DNA of 64,000 bases from Macrostomum hystrix (taxonomy: Eukaryota > Animalia > Platyhelminthes). The notes beneath the pieces are model-generated. The model did no database searches. It saw nothing but the letters and a program-made list of their open reading frames with translations, and was not told the DNA's origin. A program made the translations under genes and the position numbers. Positions 49,101 through 61,100 of the stretch are shown here, piece after piece. The stretch covers positions 24,738,001 to 24,802,000 of the forward strand of contig CATNEN010000001.1 of NCBI GenBank assembly GCA_950097015.1, read 5' to 3'. Within the stretch, counting starts at the first letter, position 1, and every line of letters begins with the position of its first letter.

Positions 49101-52100
49101 GAGATCATGACAGCCTGCTTTGACGTCTTCGTCTCATGGGACGACGAATACGACAAGCTTCAGGGCCTGCTGCGCGACTTGGTGAAGAAGAAGCGCGAGG
49201 AGATGATAAAAACTGTGTGGCGCATCAACCTTGCTCACAAGCGGCTGCAGACCAGGCTGGACCAGATGCGCAAGTTCCGGCACCAGCACGAACAGCTCAG
49301 ACAGGTTAGTTTTGCTTGCTTTCTAGCACCCTTATAGACACCAGCTTCTAGACATCCTGCGCAACCTTATCCTACTACTATCCAACTATCCGACTTCGCT
49401 TTTTCAGGTAATCGTTCGCGTTCTTCGTCCGCGCGGCCCCTCCAAAATTGAAGCCGCCGCCGCTGCTGCTGCCGCAGGTGGCTCCGACGAAGCTGGTGGC
49501 GACTCCAGCCCGGTGCAGGATGGCGGCCTGCCAGAGACGGCCGACTCCAACGCCTTCGAGGAGGTCAACTTGGCCTACGAGATTGTGAAAGAAGTTGACT
49601 GTTTGGAAGTGTCCAAGGAGGGCACAACGCTATGGGACGCTGCTATTCGACGCTACGAAGAGCGCATCGACCGCGTGGAAGCTCGCATCACCACCCGGCT
49701 GAGAGATCTGCTTGGCACTGCCAAGAATGCCAACGAGATGTTCCGCATCTTCAGCCGATTCAACGCCCTGCTGGTGCGCCCTCACATCCGTGGCGCTATT
49801 CGCGAGTATCAGACCCAGCTGATCCAGCGGGTCAAGGACGACATAGAGAAGCTGCACACCAAGTTCAAGGAGCAGTACTCTGACACAACGGCTTGCAAGA
49901 TGAGCCGCGTCAGAGACATCCCGCCAGTTGCCGGCTCCATCATCTGGGCCAAACAGATCGAGCGCCAGCTAAATGCCTATCTAAAGCGCGTGGAAGATGT
50001 GCTGGGCAAAGGCTGGGAGCATCACCTCGAAGGCCAGCAGTTAAAGAACGAAGGCGACAGCTTTAAGTCAAAGCTAAACACCAACGAGCTGTTCGAACAG
50101 TGGTCACAGAACATCAACCAAAAGCAACTGTCAATGACTGGCAAGATATTCAGCGTTGAAAGTGTCAAAAGGCAGGCTGGCGGCGGTGGCACGCTTTACC
50201 GTCTTAGGGTCAACTTTCAACCTGAGGTGATCACCCTGGCCAAGGAAGCCAGGAACATGCGCTGGCTCGGCTTCCGCGTGCCTCTAGGTATCGTTAACAA
50301 GGCCCACCAGGCTAATCAGCTATATCCCTACGCTGTTTCCCTGTGCGAGTCGGTCAAGTCCTACCAGAGCACGTGCTCTCGCATCGACTCCGAGCACGGC
50401 CAGGACGTTAATCTGCTCTGCGCCGGCCTGAGGCGCGAAGTCCAGCTGATCATCATGGAGGGCGCCACCCTAGTGTGGGAGTCCTACCGTCTAGATCCGT
50501 TCGTTCACAGGCTGGCCGACTCTGTCAACAACTATCAGGAGAAGACTGACGACCTACTGGCCATCACTCGCCAAATCGACGCCGAGATGGTTTCGCTTGA
50601 TACCTGCGGATTCTCAAAGCAGAACTTTACCGAAGTGATTAGCAAGATTCAGAAACAGATTGACGCTCTTAGTCTGCATGAATATGCTAACTTGTCACTG
50701 TGGGTATCCAAGCTAGACAAGGCTGTTGAAACTAAGCTGGCCGTTCGACTGGAGTCCGCCCTGAAAGCGTGGATTCGCATCCTCAAAGGCAACGTCAATC
50801 CCGAGGATGATGAAGTTGACGCATCAGTTGGCAGGCCTCAAATAAAGAAGATTGTACACGAGCTGCGGATTACCAACCAGCAGATGCACCTGCACCCAAG
50901 TTTGGAGGCCGCTCAACAGGAGCTTATGCACCAGCTGACACTGTGGCAGGAGAATGTCTCTAGCCTGCCACGCCTTAGCCACCAGCGCTACCAGGTCGGT
51001 CCCGCCCAGGTTGTGCAGCAGGAGCGCGATCGCACCTACGCCTCCGTGTTTAGCCGCCTATCTAATGCTGGCGAAGTGCTGGAGACTGCTCACGCGGAGA
51101 TTCAAAAGATTGTTCAGGAGGCTGAGGTGTACGTGACCACCTGGACTCGCTACCAAGCGCTGTGGGATCTGCAGCCTGACCAGGTTTATCCCAGGCTTGG
51201 CACGAATCCTGGCGTCTGGATGAATGTGTTGGACGAGATCAAAGCGATGCGGAAAACATTCGATGTGGCTGAGACCCAGAAAGAGTTCGGGCCGCTTGTG
51301 ATTCTGTTTGGCAAAGTGCAGGGCAAGGTGTCCATGAAGTACGATACCTGGCATAAGGATGTGCTAGGCAAGTTCGGCAACCTGATGTCCACACAGATGA
51401 ACACATTGTTCAGCGACATCTCGAAGGCGCGCAACAATCTCGAGCAGCAGCCGGGCGCGTCACCTGGCGCCAGCACTCAGGATGCTGTGGCTCTCATCAC
51501 ATATTCGCAAAGTCTCAAGCGTAAGATGAAGACCTGGGAGAAGACGGTTGAGCAGTGCCAAGCCGGCCAGGCTCTACTGTTCCGCGATCGATTCCAGTTC
51601 CCATCGGGCTGGCTGGACAGCGACCAGGTCACTGGCGAATGGTCGGCCCTCACCGACATTCTCAATCGCAAGACTCAGGCCATCTCTGGCCAAGTGGCTT
51701 CGCTTCAGGTCAAGATTGTGGCCGAGGATCGCCTGATTGAGGCCAAGACGTCTGATCTGCTGGCCGAGTGGGAGAAGCAGAAGCCGGTTGAAGGCGACTG
51801 CAAGCCGGACGAGGCGCTCCAGACACTCGCCATTCTGGAGGGAAAGCTGAGCCGGCTGCAGGAGGAGCGCCGCAATGTGCAGACGGCTAAAGAGGCCCTA
51901 GAACTGTCCGAGGGCGGTCCACCACCTAGCGAGGAGCGAGTCAAGGTTGCCACCGAGGAGCTGGCCGATCTGAAGGCTGTCTGGACCTCGCTAGGCAACG
52001 TGCACGACGATTTAACCGGCCTGCGAGACTCGCCCTGGCAGACTGTGCAGCCTAGGAAGCTGCGTCAGGATCTTGATGCGCTGGGCGCCCGCTTGAAGGA

Positions 52101-55100
52101 ACTGCCGGCAAGATTCCGCCAGTACGCCGCCTACACGCACCTGAAGAGTCGACTGAATAACCTCACCAAGGCAAATATGCTAGTTACCGAGCTGAAATCT
52201 GAGGCACTGAAGGAGCGCCACTGGAAGAACCTGCAGAAGCAGCTTGGAGTCACCTGGAACATGAACGACCTGTCTCTAGGCCAGCTGTGGGATCTTGATC
52301 TGCAAAAGAACGAATCTGTCATTCGCGATGTGCTCGCTGTGGCTCAAGGTGAGAAAGCCCTGGAAGAGTTCCTACGTCAGGTGACGGAGCTGTGGAAGGG
52401 CTACGAGCTGGAGTTGATCAGCTTCCAGAACAAGTGCCGACTGATCCGTGGCTGGGACGACCTGTTCAGCAAGGTCAAGGAGCATATGGCCAGCTTGAAT
52501 GCCATGAAGCTGTCGCCCTACTTCAAGCAATTCGAAGAGGAAGCCCTTGCCTGGGAAGATCGTCTGAACCGCATTAACGCTCTGTTTGACTGCTGGATCG
52601 ATGTGCAACGCCGCTGGGTTTACTTGGAGGGCATCTTCTCTGGCTCAGCCGACATCAAGACTCTCCTGCCCGTTGAGTCTCAGCGCTTTGCCAGCGTTAG
52701 CTCTGAATTCCTCGGCCTGATGAAAAAGGTTGCCAAGTCGCCGCTGATTATGGATGTGCTCAACATCCCGAATGCACAGAAGCAGCTGGAAAGGCTGGCT
52801 GATTTGCTAGCCAAAATCCAGAAGTCTCTCGGCGAGTATCTTGAGCGCCAGCGAGCCTCGTTCGCCCGCTTCTACTTTGTCGGTGACGAAGATCTGTTGG
52901 AGATCATAGGCAACAGCAAGAATGTGCACCGGCTGCAGAAGCACTTTAAGAAAATGTTTGCCGGAGTGCACACGCTTAAGCTGGACGAAGAGGCTACAGC
53001 TGTGTTTGGCCTCTGCTCCAAGGAGGGCGAAGAGGTGCCGTTTGTCACTCCGGTGTCTATCAAGGACAATCCGCGTATTAACGACTGGCTCACAATGGTG
53101 GAGAAGGAGATGCGCGTCACTCTGGCCAAGCTGCTGGCCAAGGCCACCCTCGGCCTGAAGGATGTCACGGCCAGTTCAGAGAACCGCGACGAAAAGTTTA
53201 TGGAATGGGCGGACACCTACCAGGCCCAGCTGGTCATCCTGGCTGCTCAGGTCATCTGGTCTGAGAGTGTTGAAGCCGCCCTGGCCTCTATTGACAAGGC
53301 TGGCGCCAAGACCAACCCGGACATGACTCCGATGGACACTGTGCTTAAGTCGGTCGAAGGCACTTTAAATCTGCTAGCGGACTCTGTTCTAAAGGAGCAG
53401 CCGCCTGTGCGTCGCAAGAAGCTTGAGCAGCTGATCATCGAGTACGTCCACCAGAGGGATGTCACGCGTCAGCTGATCGCCGACAAGATCGCGTCCAACA
53501 AGTCATTTGAATGGCTAGCCCAAATGCGATTCTACTTTGATCCAAAGCAGACTGATCCTCTCAAGCAGTTGATTATTCGGATTGCAAATGCTAGCTTTAA
53601 CTACGGCTTCGAGTACCTGGGCGTCGCTGAGCGTCTGGTGCAGACGCCACTGACTGACCGCTGCTACCTGACCATGACGCAGGCGCTCGAGGGTCGCCTT
53701 GGCGGCTCGCCATTCGGCCCGGCCGGCACCGGCAAGACCGAGTCCGTGAAGGCTCTTGGCAACCAGCTGGGACGCTTTGTGCTCGTGTTCAACTGCGACG
53801 AAACATTCGACTTCCAGGCTATGGGCCGCATCTTCGTCGGCCTCTGCCAGGTCGGCGCTTGGGGCTGCTTCGACGAGTTCAACCGGCTGGAGGAGCGCAT
53901 GCTGTCGGCTGTGTCTCAGCAGATCCAGGGCATCCAGATGGCACTCCGCGAGTACCTCACCGGCGATGCGAATGTGAAGCCCAAAGCTGAACTACTGGGC
54001 CGCGAGGTGCAGGTTCACCAGGACATGGCCGTCTTCATCACAATGAATCCGGGCTATGCCGGTCGTTCTAATCTACCCGACAATCTCAAGAAATTGTTCC
54101 GCTCTCTGGCCATGACCCAGCCGGACCGGCAGCTCATCGCCCAGGTCATGCTCTACTCGCAGGGCTTCCGCACCGCCGAGAAGCTCGCCGCCAAAGTGGT
54201 GCCATTCTTCAAGCTGTGCGCAGAGCAGCTCTCTGCCCAGAGTCACTACGATTTCGGCCTGCGCGCCCTGAAGAGCGTGCTAACTAGCGCCGGCAATGTG
54301 AAGCGCGACCGCATCCAGCAAATCAAGGCTGCTGCTGGCGACGATTACAATGAAGCCGAAGTTGCCTCGCGCCTGCCCGAGCAGGAGATCCTCATCCAGT
54401 CGCTCATGGAGACGATGGTGCCCAAGCTAGTCGCCGAGGATATTCCGCTGCTGTTCTCCCTTCTGTCTGATGTGTTTCCCGGCATTGACTATGTTCCAGC
54501 TGAGATGTCAGCTCTGCGCGCCGAGATACGCAAGGTGTGCGAAGAGATGCACCTGGTCTACGGCGAATCTGGCGAAGAAGGCGAACGCTGGGTGGAGAAG
54601 GTGCTTCAGGTGTACCAGATCACCAACATTCAGCACGGCCTGATGCTTGTCGGACCCAGCGGCTCCGGTAAAACCATGGCTTGGCGCGTGCTGCTCAAAG
54701 CGCTAGAGCGCCTTGAAGGCATCGAAGGTGTGGCCCACGTTATCGATCCCAAATCCATCAACAAAGACAATCTGTACGGCTTCATGGACCCCAACACGCG
54801 CGAATGGTTCGACGGTATTTTTACGCACACCCTGCGCAAGATTGTTGACAGCCTGCGCGGCGAGGCTGGAAAACGACAGTGGATCATCTTCGACGGCGAT
54901 GTTGACCCCGAGTGGGTGGAGAATCTCAACTCTGTGCTAGACGATAACAAACTGCTGACACTGCCGAACGGTGAGCGTCTCGGCATTCCGCCCAATGTGC
55001 GGATCATGTTCGAAGTGCAGGATCTGAAGTACGCCACCCTGGCCACCGTGTCCCGCTGCGGCATGGTCTGGTTCTCCGACGAGGTGCTCACCACCACCAT

Positions 55101-58100
55101 GGTGACTCACAATTATTTGAGCACATTGCGCAATGTTCCAGTCGATGAGTCTGAAGAAGGCTCAGTTCTGGACGTTCAGAAAAAACTGGCCGCGGTCTGG
55201 GAGCCGCAGCTACAGTCTGACGGCATCGTTATTCGCTGCCTGGGCGAGGCCGCCAAGCTTGACCACATCATGGACTTCAGCCGCATGCGCGCTCTGTCCT
55301 CTCTGTTCTCCATGCTGAACCAGAGCGCTAGAAATGTTGTGGCCTACAATGCCAGCCACCCGGACTTCCCCATGACTGACGAACAGATTGAATTATTCGC
55401 CAGCAAGTCTATTGTCGTATCGGTGGTCTGGGCCATGTCTGGCGATGGTAAGCTGCGCATTCGCGAACAACTCGGCGAATTCATTCGCGGCGTCTGCACC
55501 ATTCCCCTGCCGGCTGGCAATGCGCCACTCATTGATTACGAAGTCACAATTCAGGGCGAGTGGGCGCCCTGGGCCAACAAGGTACCGCAGATGGAGGTGG
55601 AGTCGCACAAGATCACGGCTACGGATGTGGTCATTCCAACTCTGGATACTGTTAGGCACGAGTGCCTGCTCAGCGGCTGGCTGGCTGAGCACAGACCGGT
55701 GCTTCTTTGCGGCCCACCCGGCTCTGGCAAGACCATGACACTATTTGCCGCTCTGCGCTCCCTACCCGACATGGAAGTTGTCGGCCTGAACTTTTCCAGC
55801 GCCACCACTCCGGAGCTGCTATTGAAGTCGTTCGATCAGTACTGCGAGTACAAGAAGACGCCAAATGGACTGGTGCTTGCGCCTCAGCAGCTCAACAAAT
55901 GGCTGGTGTTCTTCTGCGACGAAATTAACCTGCCAGACGAGGACTCCTACGGCACTCAGCGCGTTATCTCCTTCATCCGCCAGATGGTGGAGCACGGCGG
56001 CTTTCATCGCTGCACACCTGGCGATCTGCAGTGGGTGACTCTGGAACGCGTCCAGTTCGTTGGCGCCTGCAATCCGCCTACGGATCCGGGTCGCAAGCCG
56101 CTCTCGGCTCGCTTCATGCGCCACGTGCCCCTAGTCTATGTGGACTATCCGGGCCGCACTTCGCTAACCCAGATCTACGGCTCATTCAATAGGGCCATGC
56201 TGCGACAGCTGCCACCGTTGCGTCCATATGCTGATCCAATCACCAACGCCATGGTTGATTTCTTCCTGTTGTCTCAGGAGAGATTTACCGTTGACCAGCA
56301 GCCCCACTATGTGTACAGTCCGCGCGAGATGACCCGCTGGGTGCGCGGCATTCACGAAGCTCTGACTCAGGTGGACTCGCTGCCAGTCGAAGGCCTGGTC
56401 CGTATCTGGGCGCACGAGGCATTGCGACTGTTCCAGGATCGGCTGGTTGAGGACGGCGAGAGAAAGTGGACTGATGACACCATTGACCAGGTAATTGTGC
56501 TGATTTTTTTCATTTTGGATAATTTAATGAAGGTTGATTATTGTGCCTTTACGTTAGTTACTAAAGATTTAGTCATTAGCTTTCGTTAAACAAAATGATT
56601 AAACAAAACTCAATTCTGCAGGTGGCCGACAAGCACTTTCCGGGCATCAACAAACAGGAGGCCCTTCGTCGCCCGATTCTGTTCAGCAATTGGCTCACCA
56701 AAGAATACGGTCCAGTTGAACGGGAGCCTCTGCGAGACTATGTGCGCGCCAGGCTGAAGGTGTTCTACGAAGAGGAGCTAGATGTGCCCCTGGTGCTGTT
56801 CAACCAGGTGCTCGAGCACGTTCTGCGCATCGATCGGGTGTTCCGCCAGCCGCAGGGACACCTACTGCTTATCGGTGTTAGCGGCGCTGGCAAGACCACA
56901 CTGTCCCGCTTTGTTAGCTGGATCAATGGCCTGTCTGTGTTCCAGGTCAGCTTGCCCAGATTTTGCCGCTTGATATGAAACTAGGATTAGATAAAAATAT
57001 TAATCGGCTATAGGTTAGGCATTAGATTTAAATTGGGGATCTGGTAGAGGATGAGGATTCGATTTAAATTGGGGATTTGGTATAGGATAGGGATCAGATT
57101 GAAAATGGGGATTAGATTTAAAATGGGGATCTGTGATTGGATGTGGATTAGATTTAAAATAGGGATCTGGGATAGGATGGGGATTAGATTTAAAATGGGT
57201 ATCTAATATGGGATGGGAATTAGATTTAAAATAGGGATCTGGTATAGGATGGAGATTAGATTTAAAATGGGGATCTGTGATTGGATGGGGATTTGATTTA
57301 AAATGGAGATCTGCGTTAGGATATGGATTCGATTTAAGATAGGGATCTTTGATATGATAGGGGTTATATTAAATATAGGGATCTGTGATTGGATGGGAAT
57401 TCGATTTAAAATGGGAATCTTTGAGAAGATGAGGATTAATATATTTAAAATGAGGATGTGGGATATGATGGGGATTAGATTTAAAATATGGATCTGGGAT
57501 AGGATTGGGATTTGATCAATCAACAGTTCAAACAAGCCGAAATTGTGAAATAGGCAAGGAAAAGCAATCAGGAATCCCCAATCACAAAACTCGGTGACTA
57601 TTTCTCCCCCTGCTCAGGTAAAAGTACACAACAAGTACAGCGGCGAAGATTTCGACGAAGACCTGCGCTCCGTCCTGCGTCGCACCGGTTGCAAGGGCGA
57701 GAAAGTCACCTTCATCATGGACGAGTCGAATGTGAAGGACAGCAGCTTCCTGGAGCGAATGAACACCCTGCTGGCCAACGGAGAGGTGCCCGGACTGTTC
57801 GAGGGAGACGAGTTCCAGACCCTCATGACTCAGTGCAAGGAGGGCGCGGCCCGTGACGGCCTGATGCTCGATTCGCACGAGGAGCTCTACCGCTGGTTCA
57901 CTCAGCAGATCTGTCGCAATCTGCACGTTGTCTTCACAATGAACCCGAGTTCGGACGGTCTGAAGGATCGGGCCTCCACCTCGCCTGCGCTGTTTAACCG
58001 CTGCGTGCTAAACTGGTTCGGAGACTGGTCGCTTGAGGCCTACTTCCAGGTAATTGCATTCAGCTGAGCTATTAAAAGAGCTTAAGATAAACTTGGCATT

Positions 58101-61100
58101 GTAAGTAAGCATCTAAGAAATTGGATTTTAGCCAAGGGAAGTAGCAGAATTCTTCATTACTTAAGTCCAACTAGCTGACTGTAAAATTGGTATCAGCTTT
58201 AACTTATCTGGGGTAGCAGGTGTGTACATCTGCCCTGACCTTCTCATCGTCAGGCAGTGTACACTTTAACTGTTTTGCTTCGATGAATGTGACCTCGCCG
58301 CAGCTTCGAGCTCAGGACCTTAATTGCGACAGAGAACGGGTCGGACACTTCTTCCTTTCTCGTATATTAAAGATTTCACAATGCCACTCTGTTAACAGGT
58401 GGGCAAGGAGTTCACAGAGAAAGTGGATATGGACAAGCCTGACTACTCACTGCCCGACTATCCGCCACTGGCACTGGAGGGCCTGCCAACCAAGCCCAAC
58501 CATCGCGAGATGGTCAACAACGCCTTCGTGTTCGTGCACCAGACCCTGCACCAGGCTAATCAGCGGGTTGCTAAGCGCGGCGGTCGCGTGGCGGCCATCA
58601 CTCCGCGTCACTTCCTTGACTTCATTAATCACTACGTGAAGCTGACCAATGAGAAGCGGGCAGATCTGGAGGAGCAGCAGTTGCACCTGAACAAAGGCCT
58701 GACCAAGATTCGCGAGACAGTCGAACAGGTGGAGGTGATGCAATCCTCGCTCAGCCAGAAGCGCAGCGAATTGGAGCGTATGAACGAGCAGGCCAATCAG
58801 AAGCTCAAGCAGATGGTTCAGGATCAGCAGGTGGCTGAGGAGAGCAAGAAGAAAGGCGAGATGCTGCAGAAGAGCCTAGCTGAGAAGGAGGTCTTCATTG
58901 CTGAGAAGACTCGCGAGGTTACAGCGGAGCTCAGCCAGGTGGAGCCAGCTGTACAGGAGGCCAAGCAAGGTTAGCTCATTAGCTGTGCCATATTAATTTA
59001 CTTTGCTAATATTCGTTAGCTAATAGCGGGTGAGTTCAGTGGCGTAGACACGATTTTTTAAGGGGCCGGGGTCACCCTTACGCCCCTGGGTGAGTGCATC
59101 GTGCGTGGCAGAGCGTCTAACGCCTTGATTCCGCGGCGAGGCCACATTTATTAGGAGCTAGGTGCCCTGTATGAGTGTATGTCTGCGTACGGTATCCTAG
59201 TGTGTAAGCATGTATCCATGAGGCATTAGAATGGTTAAAATTGCCTCCTTGCGGGTCTTGTCGACATCAAATGATTGTGCCTGTGCATACAGCCTTCCTG
59301 AAAATATTATTGTTATTGTTATTTTGCATAGTTCTTACCGTGAAGGCTTGTCTTTATTTTGATGTACTTTAAACACGCGCGCGCAAATGCATCACCTCGA
59401 CATCACGAGATATCAATACTACTACTTGACCTAATGACTACTGCCCCACTGCAATTAATTTAAACTTAAGCCGTGAATGCGGTGACTCGGCAGCAGCTGG
59501 TTGAGGTTCGCACCCTGCCAAATCCGCCGCCATTGGTGAAGCTGGCTCTGGAATCAATCTGCACTATGCTGGGCGAGCCTACTCAGGATTGGAAATCTAT
59601 TCGCACAGTTCTTATGCGCGACAATTTTATTTCTCAGCTGCTCAATTATCAGACAGAAGATCTGAGGTGAGCAGTATTTAAAAAACGACAATTAACTCGC
59701 TAATCTGTGCTCTCGCCCCACCCTTTCCCTTTTCCCACCCGAAATCCCCAAACTGTGACTCAATGGCTCTGTCCCCAATCTATAGCCGTTGAGGGCATTA
59801 AGCGCAAGGACATTCAGGAGATCAAAGCCATGAAGAACCCGCCGATGGCGGTGAAAATGGCCGTGGAATCCATCTGTCTGCTGTTGGGCGAAAAGTCCAC
59901 GGACTGGAAGCAGATTCAGGGTGTCATTGTTAAAGACACTTTTGTGCCCAGTATTGTTAATTTTAAGACGCTGGAGATGCCGTAAGTTGAGCCACAGAGC
60001 CACCTAAGTAGTATTTATTAGCTGGGTGACCATTTTTCTTCGTTCTCTTATTGCGACGCTTATGGCAGTTGGACTAATTCACTTAGACACAAATGTTTGC
60101 GCTTAGAAGAAAATTTGCATTTAAACTGACTTCTGATTTGAAGTTTAATTTAATGAATAAGCAACAATAATGCATTATTTTTGCAATCCGAGTTGTTGCC
60201 AGGCAATATGTTCTAGCCATTAGAGCATATTTATAGTTCAAATTATAAGTCCGTTACCATCTGCCAATGCTCTTCTGCCAATTCGCACTTATTATATATA
60301 TATTCAATGACAACCCCATTGCATATATTGGTCATTATATTTATTGTAACACAAAGTCAATCAGTTATATTTTCATGCCATGGTTCTGGGGCATATTCAA
60401 GTATTTTTCTTATTCAATTGGTGATTTAAAGTTTTTTACCTTGCTAGATTACTTACAAGGCGGTAGTAGTTTTACTAGTATATATATGCTATAAAAAGCT
60501 AGACCACTAACGTCTTTGTATTCTCAGGTTCAGTTGTATGACAAGCATGCGTAAGTTAACGGCGGCAATTTAGGACCTCGAGTTTCTTTCAGCCCACTTG
60601 TCTTCCCTATATTTCTTCCTGACAAATGACCCCCTTCCCCAGCTTCCTTGCTGACAAATGACCCCCTTCCCCAGCTTCCTTGCTGACAAATGACCCCCTT
60701 CCCCAGCTTCCTTGCTAACAAATGACCCCCTTCCCCAGCTTCCTTGCTAACAAATGACCCCCTTCCCCAGCTTCCTTGCTGACAAATGACCCCCTTCCCC
60801 AGCTTCCTTGCTGACAAATGACCCCCTTCCCCAGCTTCCTTGCTAACAAATGACCCCCTTCCCCAGCTTCCTTGCTGACAAATGACCCCCTTCCCCAGTT
60901 GCTCAAGTATTTAGGACACAGGTACTTCAGTGTACAAATTAGCAGTCCGTCAGGCAGGCCCAGATATTCAGGATTGTTATTAATTATCTTCCGCCTTCAG
61001 CAGCACTGCCATAGCCACTGCCTCAGTTAATTATCCCTCTGTTATTTATTTATTAAGTGACAACATTCGCGAGACCATGAAGAAGAAGTACCTGTCCAAT

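Noticed and set aside
49401-49413. AG|GT recursive-splice-like acceptors (also at 57617)
   Set aside because: GTA is simply the conserved Val codon starting the exon.
49630-56415. Many short antisense and off-frame ORFs overlapping dynein
   Set aside because: Expected shadows of a GC-rich coding sequence.
59982-61057. A third MTBD exon copy
   Set aside because: No NPP/ESIC/DWK-like frame found; AT-rich sequence plus a 32-bp minisatellite.
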